Source: Octopus vulgaris (Eukaryota). Taken from it: DNA of 64,000 nt. How positions within the stretch are numbered: position 1 is the stretch's first letter; the number at the start of each line of letters is the position of its first letter. Below the pieces are notes generated by a model that was given only the letters and a program-made list of their open reading frames with translations, made no database searches and was not told the origin of the DNA. The translations under genes were made by a program, and so were the position numbers. Positions 28,205 through 42,309 of the stretch are shown piece by piece. The stretch lies in NCBI GenBank assembly GCA_951406725.2, contig OX597825.1, forward strand, positions 86,676,001 to 86,740,000, given 5' to 3'.

Positions 28205-28205
<1 letters not shown>
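27856..28205 (+). mobile_element. Near full-length tRNA-derived SINE
   Basis: A-box TGGCTGTGTGG, B-box GGTTCAGTCCC, TTGGGCAAGTGTCTT core, internal microsatellite and GGCGGTGCTCCAGCATGGCCGCAG tail; flanked by (TA)n; multiple copies in the window. Confidence 0.9.
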
Positions 28206-28291
<86 letters not shown>

Positions 28292-28296
28292 CATAT

Positions 28297-28350
<54 letters not shown>

Positions 28351-28471
28351 TGCAGGGTTCGTTAGAATCTAGGAATATCAAGATGTAAGGCGCCAGGATT
28401 GATTGGGTCCGTAGTGTTGAACCTCCAATTGGAGGTAACTTACAATTGTCATTTGTTGTTAGTTCACTATA

Positions 28472-28525
<54 letters not shown>

Positions 28526-28562
28526 CACACACATACACACACACACACATTTATATTTATAG

Positions 28563-28830
28563 AAGGCGCGTGGCTTAGTGTTTAAGGTATTCGGCTTGCG
28601 ATTCCCGGTCACGCATTGTGTCCTTGAGCAAGACACTTTATTTCACGTTGCTCCAGTCCACTCAGCTGGCAAAAATGAGTAGTACCAGTAATTCAAAGGG
28701 GGCCAGCCGTGTCACACACTCTGTGTCACACTGAATCTCCCTGAGAAGTATGTGAAGGGGTACGCGTGTCTGTGGAGTACTCACCCACGAGCAAGCTGTT
28801 CCGTTGATCGGATCAACTGGCACACTCAAG
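28563..28830 (+). mobile_element. tRNA-derived SINE, second family
   Basis: GGCGCGTGGCTTAGTG head and GTGTCCTTGAGCAAGACACTTTA conserved core. Confidence 0.75.
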
Positions 28831-29000
28831 TGACGGAGATCCAAATTTATAGATATACGCATAGAGCTATATATATAAATACTCACAAACACACACAGAT
28901 ATGTAGAGATTAGTACCAAATCCAATATAAACTGTAGGTCCAACAGGGATGCTTCCAAGTGTAGCCTATGTTTAAATAAGAACACAAGTGGAGTTTAAAA

Positions 29001-29080
29001 GTCACAACAGCTGTTTCGGTAGCATTTTATGAACGCAATCTTAGATGGCTTATAGCAAAAATCCACCATCATCCGGAGAC
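29001..29080 (-). ncRNA. Degenerate long-stem-II hammerhead (family of 39782)
   Basis: GUCUC-CGGAUGA-U-GGUGG...CUACC-GAAACAGCUGUU-GUGAC; U4G core mutation. Confidence 0.6.
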
Positions 29081-29294
29081 TTTTAACATATAAACAAGTA
29101 AACCAGAAATAAAAAGTTGAGTAGCTCTCCCTCAACTATGATGGAACAAGTGCATTTTTGAGAAGTTACGATCGAATTTATTAGGGACGTGGGTCAGAGA
29201 CGCAGAGTTTAAAACTATTTCCGAGAAACTATCATAATTAGTTGATAGCTCCGTCCGGTCGTTAATGATCATATAAAATAAAATAAAGGAGAAA

Positions 29295-29765
29295 ATATCT
29301 ACTCGAAAAGGTCGCACAGACAAGGGATCACATTTAAGGGGTTGCATTTTTGCCATGATGTAATCTAAGAATGCATCAATTAAATGCTGTACATACATAC
29401 ATACATACATACATACATACATACATACATACATAGACACATACACACATACATACTTACATACATACATACGTACATACGTACATACGTACATACATAC
29501 ATAGACACATACATACATACATACATAGACACATACATACATACATACATAGACACATACATACATACATACATAGACACATACATACATACATACATAC
29601 ACACATACATACATACATATATACATACAGACTTACATACATACATACATACATACGTACGTACGTACATACACACATACATTACATACATACATACATA
29701 AATACATACATATATACATAGATACATACATACGTACGTACGTACGTACATACATACATACATAC

Positions 29766-29796
<31 letters not shown>

Positions 29797-30085
29797 CATA
29801 CATACATACATACATACGTACGTACGTACATACATACATACATACATACATACATACATACACACACACACATTTGTGATGAAGGTGAGTAAACCGAAAC
29901 TTCGAAGTCCCTCTCAACCTTTCCCTTGTAATATTAGAAAACATGTCTTCTGCTAAACGACATTACGTCATTCCGAAATTGAATGTTGGATCGTTTTTCT
30001 TATAATTTGACATAAAAACAAATTTTACACACATATACACACATATATACATGCGTGTGTGTGTGTAAAAATATAAATATATATA

Positions 30086-30142
<57 letters not shown>

Positions 30143-30764
30143 TGGGAAAGAGAGAGAGAGAAAATATATATGTGCATATATGCTTATATTTTTACACACA
30201 CACACGCATGTATATATGTGTGTATATGTGTGTAAAATTTGTTTTTATGTCAAATTATAAGAAAAACGATCCAACATTCAATTTCGGAATGACGTAATGT
30301 CGTTTAGCAGAAGACATGTTTTCTAATATTACAAGGGAAAGGTTGAGAGGGACTTCGAAGTTTCGGTTTACTCACCTTCATCACAAATGTGTATGTATGT
30401 ATGTATGTATGTATGTATGTATGTATGTATGTATGTATGCATGTGTGTATGTATGTATGTATGTAAGTATGTTTGTATGTACGTACGTACGTATGTATGT
30501 AAGTATGTATGTTTGTATGTATGTGTGTGTATGTATGTATGTATGTATGTGTGTGTGTATGTATGTATGTATGCATGTATGTATGCATGTATGTATGCAT
30601 GTATGTATGTATGTATGTATGCATGTGTGTATGTATGTATGTATGTATGTATGTATGTATGTATGTATGTATGTATGTATGTATGTATGTATGTATGTAT
30701 GTATGTACGTACGTATGTATGTATGTATGTATGTATGTAATGTATGTATATGTATGCATGTATG

Positions 30765-30800
<36 letters not shown>

Positions 30801-30899
30801 CGTACAGCATTTAATTGATGCATTCTTAGATTACATCATGGCAAAAACGCAACCCCTTAAATGTGATCCCTTGTCTGTGCGACCTTTTCGACTAGACAT
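29295..30899. repeat. ~1.6-kb palindrome (arms 29295-30076 and 30184-30899)
   Basis: Unique segments are nearly perfect reverse complements; the internal (CATA)n/(TATG)n tracts differ. Each arm has a 5'-truncated hammerhead (29876-29909 +, 30351-30384 -). Confidence 0.95.
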
Positions 30900-31349
30900 A
30901 TATATATATATGTATATATATATACACACATGTACAGACATACATATTCACACACATACATGGTGTTCACGGCTGGAACGTCTTTTGCCATAGGTGTGTT
31001 AAATCACGGGATGATGACCTCGGGCCAAACAACAACAGCAACAACAACAACAACCATTTCAAGAAACGAATCGAGCGACAACAATCTTCCAGAATATTCT
31101 CTGACCCCCCCGCCGCTCTCACCCCGCTCCCCCCTCTTACTCCCCTCTTACACATTCCACCACTAATAACTTTTATTAATTATATTAATTAATTTATTAA
31201 TTTACTTCGTAATTCAATTATTTTCAGCAATCTTAATAACAATTTAATAATATTAAGCAACTGTAAGGAATATTCTTCGTTTTCTTCGTGTTTTTCACCG
31301 ATTTCGTCATCGAAGACGGTGGGGTGTGTGGGTGGGGGGAGAGGAGGTG

Positions 31350-31687
31350 TGACTCGGTGTGTGTGTGTGTCTGAGCGTGCATGGCTGTGTGTATGTATGT
31401 GTGTGTGTGTGTGTATATATTTATGTATGTACATGTGTATGTATGTATGTGTGTGTGTATGTATGCATATAAGTGTGTATGTATGCATGTATGTGTATGT
31501 GTGTATGAGTGTATGTATGTGTGTGTGTATGTATGTGCATGTATGCATGTGTGTTTGTATGTATGCATATAAGTGTGTGTGTATGTGTATGTATATATGT
31601 ATGTATATATGTATGTATGTATGTATATATGTATGTATGTATGTATGTATATATGTGTGTATGTATGTATGTATGTGTGTATGTATG

Positions 31688-31718
<31 letters not shown>

Positions 31719-31839
31719 GCATGCATGTATGTATGTATGTATGTATGTATGCATGTATGTGTGCATTTATGTATGTATATATGTATGTATGTATGTATGT
31801 ATGCATGTATGCATGCATGTATGTGTGCATTTATGTATG

Positions 31840-31871
<32 letters not shown>

Positions 31872-31915
31872 CATGTATGCATGCATGTATGTGTGTATTT
31901 ATGTATGTATCTATC
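31350..31915. repeat. (TATG)n/(TG)n microsatellite
   Basis: Directly visible. Confidence 0.95.
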
Positions 31916-32164
31916 TATCTCTCTATCAATGTATAAGTGTTTTAGGTGTGTATGTCTATGCTTCTTCTGTGTATGTATGGCGGTGGTGGTGGGCGATGGT
32001 GGAGGTGGTGGCGTTTCGCTTTTATATTAAACAGCATTTTACTAATTTCTATAATGGAAGCAGACCCGGTTGTGTTTTGTGCGTTAATTGCCAGCCCCAT
32101 GGCGAACAACTAAGTTTTTGGTTTGTTTTTTTTCTACTGCCAACACACTCCCTTTTCATTGCTC

Positions 32165-32213
<49 letters not shown>

Positions 32214-32834
32214 TGTTTGTGTGTGTGCGCACTTTGAATGTTCATATGTGCAAATATTAGTATATTAATATTTTAGTATTTATATGTGCATTTATATACA
32301 CATATATGCTTACAAAATACATATCTATATACATACACACATGTATATATATATATATATATATACACATATGCAGGTATATGTGTGTGTGTATAATATC
32401 CATACACACACACATACACATATATGCATGTATATATGTATATTGGAAGTTTAATGAAGCAAAACAACTGGTGTCAGGTTTGACTATAACATTTGCATAA
32501 TATTGGCAAACATGAGGCTAGAATTGTTACAAAACTAGAAGATCGTAAGGAAGTCGGAAGGTCTGTACTCTCGTAGCTTAACCCTGCCCCACTATGTTTA
32601 AATATGTAAATTACACATTCAAAACTGACAACAGGTGATTTATCGGTTCATAGTTGTATCTTTTGATGCGTTTAACTGTTCGACTGAAGCGCCACCTAGA
32701 GCCAATCACATGTAACGTGTTTGTTTTCAGTTGGGTTCAAGCTGGAGTATTTAGGATTTAGTGAACCTCGAACGGTAATTGTATCTACGTCACCAGACAT
32801 AATATTACCTGAATGACACATACATATACACATC

Positions 32835-32952
32835 ATGGTTTCCGGTTCAGTCCCACTGCGAGGCACTTGGGGAAAGTGTCTTCTACTATAGCCACGGGCC
32901 GACCAAAACTTTGTGAGTGGATTTGACAGATGGAAACTGAAAGAAACCCGTT
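32835..32952 (+). mobile_element. Partial tRNA-derived SINE
   Basis: Matches 27900-28020. Confidence 0.8.
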
Positions 32953-32962
32953 GCATATATGC

Positions 32963-33038
<76 letters not shown>

Positions 33039-33416
33039 CATTAAGTACAGGACATCACCAGCGGGTGGAAAATATGTAAACACAGGAGAGAAAAGTCCAG
33101 AACAGAAAACAAAAAGAAGATAACACTTCGTCAGTTGTCGACTGTTTTACTTCTCCCTATTTCGTCCACAGTAAGTTCTTACACATATATATATATATAT
33201 CACCGTGACCGTGACCGACCAGGCTATCAGATGTTGCTACACACCGCCGGTTACAATGCGCTTCGCATTGTTTTAGCCTTCAAATGACGCCACAACGTTG
33301 GCTAAGCGAGCAAGCCAATATATATATATATATATATATAGATTCGCAATTTAGAACCGATAGATCACTAGCCACTAGACCTTTTTTATTTTCTCTCCCT
33401 CTTTATTTCTGCGTTC

Positions 33417-33452
33417 CTTTCTGATGAAGAGCGTAGACTCGAAACGTAAAAG
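33417..33452 (+). ncRNA. Minimal hammerhead, family A, canonical core
   Basis: CUUU-CUGAUGA-A-GAG(CGUAGA)CUC-GAAACGUA-AAAG. Confidence 0.8.
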
Positions 33453-33553
33453 ACTTTCTCACCTCCCGAGCGTTAAACTAATACACCTGTTTGTTGTTTA
33501 CACACCCGTCTTCGTCTTTTGTTTTTCTTGTAAATTCTTGCTATGTATATATA

Positions 33554-33631
<78 letters not shown>

Positions 33632-33696
33632 GTCCCGGGTTGAATCGGGGTTAACCACAGTAAATAAGGTACTCAATACATAGCAGAGTAAAATTA

Positions 33697-33778
33697 ATTT
33701 ATTATATAGAAGGAGCTTCTACAGGACTAGAACTGTTTCATTCAAGAGAAATCTTCAGGAACTCCTTCTATATAATAA

Positions 33779-33780
<2 letters not shown>
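33697..33780 (-). ncRNA. Hammerhead, family C copy 1, with stem I extended by a 19-bp inverted repeat
   Basis: UUC-CUGAAGA-UUUC(UCUU)GAAU-GAAACAG(UUCUAGUC)CUGUA-GAA; 33697-33715 pairs with 33762-33780. Confidence 0.75.
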
Positions 33781-33837
<57 letters not shown>

Positions 33838-33914
33838 TGTATGTATGTATGTATGTATGTGTATGTGTGTATAAGTGTGTGCCTGTATCGAGAGAGAGAG
33901 AAAGAAAGCGAGAG

Positions 33915-34280
33915 AGGGTGATGTGCCAAGGAACAGATCTGCTTTACAAGGCCAATATCACTGACATTGATGGCACCACCAGATCTTACATCAAGACGAC
34001 TGCAAATGCCTTCAAGGAAAGATATACGCAGCACTTGGCTTCGTTTAGAGACAACCATAAAAGACATGCAACAATTTAAAAATAGAAACGTGGAGAACCC
34101 CCAAATATGCTGGAGCATCATAACTTAGGCCGGCGAATATAATGGATGAGGTAGCAGATGCAATCTCTGTACCGTAGAGGAATTAAACATCATTACTTCA
34201 ATGGTGAACATTTGAAAGTTAAGAAAGAAACCCTTCTCTACTTGCACGCACACACGACTCAAGCTACGAAATTTCAAGCA
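33915..34280 (+). pseudogene. Penelope-like element GIY-YIG endonuclease 3' fragment
   Basis: CQGTDLLYKANIT...RSYIKTTANAFKERYTQHLASFR...HAT, then RCNLCTVEELNII; the PLE GIY-YIG pattern. Confidence 0.85.
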
Positions 34281-34487
34281 TAATCCCTCGTCTATCTTAC
34301 CTTTACCACCCGACCAACCAGGATAAATACAGAATATGCATAATATGTATATATTCCGAAAAAGTCATGCTGGAATTCTAAACTGTATATATATATATAT
34401 ATGTAGGTCCCGGGTTGAGTCGGGGTTAACCACAGTAAATAAGGTACTCAATACATAGCAGAGTAAATTAATTTATTTTATAGAAGG

Positions 34488-34538
34488 AGCTTCTACAGGA
34501 CTAGAACTGTTTCATTCAAATGAAATCATCAGGAAGCT
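34488..34538 (-). ncRNA. Hammerhead, family C copy 2
   Basis: AGCUUC-CUGAUGA-UUUC(AUUU)GAAU-GAAACAG(UUCUAGUC)CUGUA-GAAGCU: 6-bp stem I, 4-bp stem III; module 34407-34538 is a direct repeat of 33632-33765. Confidence 0.8.
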
Positions 34539-34682
34539 GATATATATATATATATATATATAACACAAACACATATATATATATAACATATATAACATAT
34601 ATTTATATAACACATATATATAACACATACATATAGCATTTATATATATAACACATATATATATAACATATACATATATAAC

Positions 34683-34750
<68 letters not shown>

Positions 34751-35299
34751 CATATATACAAAGATTACAGGATTTGTAAAATGTAATTTGTGAAGTTACA
34801 TATTCGGCTCTAATAAACGTTTAAAACCTGTGCAAACTTCATAAATGATAAAATAGACGTGCACAGGGACCCACAAAAGTGCCAGCGTGTGTTACATGTT
34901 GTATATATTTATATATGTGTATGGCTACGTCTGAATGTTCTCGTATAATGCAACTCAACTTTACTGGACGCAACATTTTGCACGGATACTTGCAAAAACC
35001 GGAACCAATGCAAGGGAAATGGCAGGTCCCTAAACGAGTTAACTCCCCTTAGCTGTGCCTCTCTTAACCAAAGAAACGTCTTGAAGTCTCGTAAAATTTC
35101 GTTTAATCCCAACGTTGTCTCATCGAACATGGAGGCGGATTACCAACATTTTTAGGTGAAACACTTGAAAAAATACAGATCTTCAGGTATGGAACAGTTG
35201 GTAGGATATTTAATTTAGAAATACCGAATCTTTTTTATCCATCAAATGCGAGGTTGAGTACACACTCACTGTTCGTTCATATCGTAATACACATGTTTG

Positions 35300-35331
<32 letters not shown>

Positions 35332-35429
35332 TATATATATATATATACACAAACATACATACACGCATGCATACATACCATCAAATATATATACGTATAT
35401 ATAGTTAGACACATAGGTAGACGTGTAGG

Positions 35430-35462
<33 letters not shown>

Positions 35463-37192
35463 TGATAGATAGATAGGTAGGTAAACGTGTATATAGACAG
35501 ATGGATAGATAGATGGATAATGTCTGCTACCTTACACTTTTTTACCACATACACGAACCCTTTTAGAATTCCAATCGCTCTGCCATTTCGCTCCTTGATG
35601 CTGGCGACCTTCGCATCTTAAATATCCAAAACCTGTCGCTTTCCTAAATTCGCCTCGCAATTATTCACGTCTACATTTTCCTTACAATTTTGCTTTTTTT
35701 TTCTGTTATATTTGTATTTATTATTATTATGTTTTCTTTCTCTTTGCTTTGTATTTTCGTTTTAAATTTTACAGTAATCTAATAATCTGGACAAATCGTT
35801 GTGTTTCAAATGACATTTATGGCATAAACAGGTTTTGAAATTGTATCGCTTTCTCGCCTTTTCGAAAACGGTAAATGTCGCTTTATTGTCGTCATTGTAA
35901 TATTTAATGTGTCTTTAAGGAGAAAAAATGTCAATCTAACCAAGATATTAGATATAAGTCGTTAAAAACTAATGATCCAAGTTCGCGTCTACAAAATACG
36001 AATTCAAATAAGGGTTTATTTAGTGTGCAGGAAAAGACGTAGAAGGAGAAATAGAGAGAGAGGGAGAGAACGAGAAGAGAGAGTAATGGTGGAGGTGGTG
36101 GTGGTAGTGTTGGCCGTCGTCGTAGTTTTGGAGACGATTTACTGTGTGTGTGTGTATGTGTGTGTGTGTGTATGTGTGTGTGTGTGTATGTGTGTGTGTG
36201 TGTGTGTGTGTGCAATATGGAGTTGGATGTAAAGCAATGGCTCTCACCTGGGGTCCACATGACCCTTGGGTGCCCATATGAGATTTCGTTGTTAAAACTT
36301 ATCTGCAATAAACTGGTTCTACTTCTGGAATGCACAAAATATTCTAACAATCTCGTTATACATTTCCTAATAATATTTCCTCATAAAAATAGGATTTTGT
36401 TTTTAAACACGGAATAGTTACGAGGGTCCAGCAGAGTGGAATAGGGACCAAAGAAATCCACAGGCAAGAACTGGTTCAGAACTACCGATGTAAAACAAGC
36501 AGGAAATATGAAGGTTCTTCCTTCGAAGTGGGTTAGGGAGGGGCGTAGTACTGCTTTTAAAGCAGTTATGGTTGAGATGTAGAGGGACAGAGGAATGCGC
36601 AAAGCTGGTAGAGTCCCTTTGACAACAGACTAAAAGGGTCAGCTCTAGTCTGGTTCACGATGGTATCCTTCCTGTTCTAAAGGTTATGGTGCTGGATAAA
36701 AGCCATCCGATTAATCCCAAAGGTAAAACACTCCTCTTCCGTTCCTATTTACATCTCTTGGACCGTTCTACTCGCCACTACCCCCCAAATACCCAACAAA
36801 TGTAATTTGACCGATGAAGAGATAATTTGATTTTAGTCAGCTGAGCCGAATTGCTGCTAGATGGACTTAGCCGTTTCAATTTTAAATGTATTTACAAACA
36901 AAACAGCGCCATACTCTCGCATTAGAATTGTTTTGTACTACAAATAACAATGTAACACTATGAGACATCCACTGAAATATCGATGAACCGAAATATTGAT
37001 GGACTGAAATATCGATGATCCAATGAAGTTTAAATTTCTAAGATGAATGTTAACTTAGAATTTGGAAATGTTGAGTTTTCTTTGATTTATTTCTCAATTG
37101 GAACTGTTTGATCTTGGCCTCCATTAAAACTGTTAAAATTGCAGAGAAAATGACAAGAGTTATATAGAAATGTACAAGTTTTTCTGTTTTCG

Positions 37193-37236
37193 TAATAATA
37201 ATAATAATAATAATAATAATAGTAATAATAATAATG

Positions 37237-37267
<31 letters not shown>

Positions 37268-37287
37268 TAATAATAATAATAATAATG

Positions 37288-37327
<40 letters not shown>

Positions 37328-37353
37328 TAATAATAATAATAATAATAATAATG

Positions 37354-37390
<37 letters not shown>

Positions 37391-37400
37391 TAATAATAAT
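37193..37400. repeat. (AAT)n trinucleotide repeat
   Basis: Directly visible, with GAT interruptions. Confidence 0.97.
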
Positions 37401-37803
37401 AGCTTGTTTTTTCTTTTTAAATTCAAAAAATTACCTCCCTTGTACACGCACTATGACGTCAGGTTCCTTCTTACCGGAAGTGATCGACCACGATCATGGA
37501 ATCAAAATGTCGAGCAATTATCGCCGAAAATGAAATTTTGCACAACTTCTTTGCAATGTAAAAAAACTTGATAAATTTCAATAAATTCTTCAGAAGTCGA
37601 TGGCAGCAGCGAAACTATTGGCTGTGGTAGGGAACGGGGTGGGCGGGTGGGTGAGACCTGATCTCGGTTTTCGAACTTGTTTTTTCTTCTCACATCACAG
37701 AGATAAAAACTCAACATGAAACGAATGAAGCGAACAAATGAACATTCAACTTCGTTCAATTACTTGTATGTACATATGTAGATGGATAACGGGGTCACGA
37801 GAA

Positions 37804-37849
<46 letters not shown>

Positions 37850-38139
37850 GACGTGCAGATATGTGATATATAAACTTTTAATTTTTTTATACCTATGCAA
37901 ATATTATATGTATATGGAATGAGATAGATGATATTAGATATATACACACACATACATACGCGCACGCACACACACACACACACATACATATATACATACA
38001 TACAAATATATAAATACACACTTGCATATATATATACACGCGCGCGCACACGCACACATACACACGCACAGTCATACATATGACATATGAATGTGTATGT
38101 ATGCATGTACGTATATAACAGACGAATGCAGTTCAAATC

Positions 38140-38223
38140 CGCGACAATCGTTTCGATAGAAATTTATTAAATGAAGTCATAAAAGATTTCGTCGATTTCG
38201 TAAAATTCCACCTTCATCAGGCG
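38140..38223 (-). ncRNA. Type-I hammerhead with long stem II, inside an imperfect palindrome (38116-38391)
   Basis: CGC-CUGAUGA-A-GGUGGAAUUUUA...UAAAUUUCUAUC-GAAACGAUUGUC-GCG; GUC site. Confidence 0.85.
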
Positions 38224-38478
38224 TTATTTAAACATTCGTTTCCGCTGAAATTAGTGGACACTGAACGGTTGCCGAAGTTGGAATAATACCCGAGTTTAGA
38301 GATTTACGGAATATGTCATCTGTTATGACTTCATTTAATCATTTCCTACCGAAAAAGATGTTGCGAATTTAAACCACCATTCGGCTGTTATTTATGTTGC
38401 ACTTATGCTGCACCAAGGGTTCACCATATATATATATCTTACTCCCTTTCTTTCTTACCCTCTTTCTCTCTTACTTCC

Positions 38479-38542
<64 letters not shown>

Positions 38543-39571
38543 CTGTGTGTGTATATATAGAAAATATAGAAATCAATATCAATGAAAAACTGTCCAGTTG
38601 TGTTGTGTTTATGTAAAAGTAAACAGACCGATGGTCAAGGAGAAACTTACGTTTAATGTCCAAACCTTAATTTTAGAAAAATTTCATCAAATATTTCATT
38701 TATTATTTAAGTTTCCTGACTGGTTTCGAATTCTCCCTGTTTTATCAGTAAGTTGTAGCGGAAATTTCCTTCTGATATTGTTGTACATTGGGAGGGTCAT
38801 ACTGTCAGTAAAACACACACATTGATTATGCTTCATTTCTACTCTATTACCAATCAATTAAATGATTAATCAAGAATCTCGCAAAATAAATATAAAAGAT
38901 GTATCGTTATTTGTCCCCTAATTCCAACCAAATTCCCACCAAATTATTCACTGATTTTCTCGGTTTCACCCTCATTCCATAATGTTTCGTTATATAATCC
39001 TTAAATAATTCAGAGAATACAAACTCCCCCTCTTTTCCTACCATCTGCATTAGTTTCTCCTCTCATCAAATATTATGTTCGCGGTTTTTATTTATTTACG
39101 GTATTCCTAGATTAAATTAAATTAACAACACCGTTATATAGTTGTCCATGTTTAATAACAAAATATATTTTTTAAATAATAAATTAACTTTTTTTTCTCT
39201 GTTAATGGAATTTGTTAAAAGTCATCTGCAGAAAAGTTAATTTAAATAACGACACAGCAACGACGAACGGAGCTTCAAAAATGAATCTCATTAATTCTTT
39301 ATTTGGAAACATGTTGAGACCATTTATTAATTTGGATGAAGAGGAATTTCAAGGATACATTTTAAAATTGATAATTGATTGATTTTGTGTAAACAGTTAT
39401 ATATCGATACTGATTTACAATATTGGCACAAAAGTAACGTATTCTTAGGGAGAGTGTAAGTGATCAAATCCCTCTTCCAGTACTTTAATTGTACTTCATT
39501 TACTGGTACTTTATTAGTTAAAAATCGAATTGATTTAACAGTATATATATATATATATTCTTCTCTGTGTA

Positions 39572-39609
39572 TCTTTCTGTCGAAGAGCGTAGGCTCGAAA
39601 CGTAAAAGA
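39572..39609 (+). ncRNA. Minimal hammerhead, family A, A6U variant
   Basis: Identical to 17011-17048. Confidence 0.7.
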
Positions 39610-39705
39610 CTTGTTCTATTTCTATTCCTGAGCGCCATACTAATACATTTGTTTGTTTGTACTCCACCTGCCTTCGTCTTCTGTTTATTTTCGTAAACCT
39701 TCCCG

Positions 39706-39767
<62 letters not shown>

Positions 39768-39781
39768 GTGTGGTTCAAAAT

Positions 39782-39860
39782 TCACAACAGCTGTTTCAGG
39801 AGCATTTTATGGATGCACTCTTAGATTACATCATGGCAAAACACCGCTATCTTCAGGTAA
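39782..39860 (-). ncRNA. Type-I hammerhead with long stem II
   Basis: UUAC-CUGAAGA-U-AGCGGUGUUUU...AAAAUGCUCCU-GAAACAGCUGUU-GUGA. Confidence 0.8.
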
Positions 39861-40195
39861 TTTTAAATAAACAGGTAAGGCAGAAGATATAAGTTGACTT
39901 GTTCACCAAGCTACAAGGTGGGAAGTGATGTTTTCTCTTTTTTTTGAGAAGAACAATAGACTATAAAGGTAACACTCATAAGAGCAAAGATCAAAAACTG
40001 TCTAATTTATCAAATCGCTATCTTAATTAGGTTCTGGCACTGGCTGGGAGGTCGTGGAAGGCATCGGTCATACGATAAAAGAAAAAGACACAAGAAACAC
40101 CGATTCAGGAGAGTAGAATAGATAAGAGACCAGACTGTCGCCATTTACTCGACACCAGAACGCGCGCGCGCGCAGACACACGCATACACGCACGC

Positions 40196-40241
<46 letters not shown>

Positions 40242-41249
40242 ACATACGTACTGTATTAGTTAAAATATATACACCTACATACACATTACACATACCTAAC
40301 CATACACAATACATCTCTCTCTCTCTCTCTACACACACACACGCATGCACGCACACGCACATATCTACTGCATTACTTAAAATATATATTACAACTACAC
40401 ACACATACACATACCTAAGCATATACAATACATCTCTTCCTCTCCCCCTTTCTTTTCCTCTTTCTTTCTCTCTCCACACACACTTGCTAACGATTCTGCC
40501 GGTTCGTCGCCTTCGTTTGATATATTAAACATCGCCATTGCTTACTGCCAATGTCAATTTAATATATTCTTAAAAGTTTTGACGAGGCTTTTTTTTTGAG
40601 TATTTGAGATTTCTTATGGAATGCAGGCGCGCTCTAACCTACATTTCATTATAACGCAATCTGATTCACCAGGTCCTTGGTTCGATTCCAATGTAATCTA
40701 TCTTGAGCAAATGTAATTTTCTATAGCCTCGAGTCGACTTATGCTTTGGAAGTGGTATTGGCTAGATGGAAACTGCATGGAAGCCTGCTGTGTGGATTGT
40801 ACTCACAATTGAAAAGGTATAACTTTGTCATACACACGGATCCTGCCCGAGAATTCCACGTGTCTGTGGAATACTCAGTCTTAATTAAACGAGCAGAAAA
40901 TTCCGCCGAGAAAACTGATTCTATATCGTCGAAACTGACGGAGATTCACTGCCTTATGAAATAATTATTGAAATAAAATAATTATTGTAATTTATTAGGA
41001 AATAATTTTTGTAACACGCCAAGATTGAGAGGATAGCAAGCTGTTTGATATTAGAAATAGCATATTTCTAAATCTCTCAGAGAGATAAAGTGATGGTATG
41101 TTGTCAACTTAATGTGACAGTCCCATGAAAGGGAAGAATGCTACTGCTATTTAGCCCTAGGAAACACCGTTTGCTGTTGGTCTTGACACATTTCCTGTGT
41201 TTGATATTAGTTTGATCTTTTAGCGCAAGGAGGGTAGGGTGTGGTGGTG

Positions 41250-41420
41250 GGGTTACATCGACCCCGGCCCCGAGTGTTTAACTGGTAATTATTTTATCGA
41301 ACCCGAAAAGATGAGAGGCCAAGTCTACCCCTAGGGGATGTGAACTCAGAATGTAAAGTCGGAAGAAATGCCGCTAAGCATTTTGTCCGGCGCTGGTAAC
41401 GATCCTGCCAGCTCACCGTC
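41250..41420 (-). mobile_element. tRNA-derived SINE with Nin/Deu-like domain
   Basis: Diverged CGACCCCGAAAGGATGAAAGGCAAAGTCGACC domain and GGTGAGCTGGCAG head; same family at 48695-48885 and 52050-52285. Confidence 0.75.
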
Positions 41421-41927
41421 TCACAACTATTTAATATTATTTCCAAAATATTATATATATTGGGCTTCAATACTTTTAGAATAACAGGCAGACACTTTGG
41501 AGACACGGTCTTATTTATGGCACACACACACAGGTACACACACGCACACACGAATATATATTTGATATCGCAGAAGCGGTATCAGCGAAAGATTGATATT
41601 GCATATTCCATATATACATATTCAATATGTATAGGGAATGTTATACAAATTCAATATCGCATAATACACATCCAATGTCTCAAATACAATCTCAACATTT
41701 TCTCTGAGATTTCATATGAAATATTGAATATTTATGAAGATTCCATGACCATCTTTTCTTATGCTAATTCTCATGAGATTTCGAATAGGTGTGTGCGCGT
41801 GCGTGCGTTTGTGATAAGGCTTGGTTTTATGTTTAGTGACGATTAAAATAAAATTTTACATTAATCTGAGGGGTTACTCTATACTTTTGTAGAGAAGAGA
41901 TTTATTCTTAAAGAAGAATACTGTTGA

Positions 41928-41975
41928 CAGGGACTTCGAAGTTTCAGTCAGTTAAGCCATCGTCGGACTGGACTA
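41928..41975 (-). ncRNA. Degenerate hammerhead (family of 29876)
   Basis: CCGACGA...GAAACUUCGAAGUC-CCUG; core and stems are mutated. Confidence 0.4.
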
Positions 41976-42309
41976 GAGTTACTTTTGGTTTTATATAGTC
42001 TCTGTGGAGTAAAAATCTTCTTTTTGGTGTGAGGGTTGGAGTGGACTGGTAATTAGGTTTTAGGGTGGATTGATATGGAGAAGTGTCTTGGAGAAATTTT
42101 TATTCATTGAATTTGGGGTTATGTTATTACTTAGAATTTATTCCTGGATGTAGATTTTTGTAAGCAAGTGTGTCTGCTTCGATGTGTTCCTTTGTTAGGT
42201 AGGCTCAGAGTGTGCTAGTAGTTCAGTCATTTTTGGTCTTATTGCATCTAATCTTTTGCTTTGACAATGTAAAGGTAAAAGGTAGAAAGTTCAGGATTTA
42301 AAACCTTAA

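Noticed and set aside
36972-37022. 16-bp x3 repeat (GAAATATCGATG...)
   Set aside because: Small degenerate slippage repeat with no context.
37160-37571. Poly-N/L/I ORFs
   Set aside because: (AAT)n repeat.
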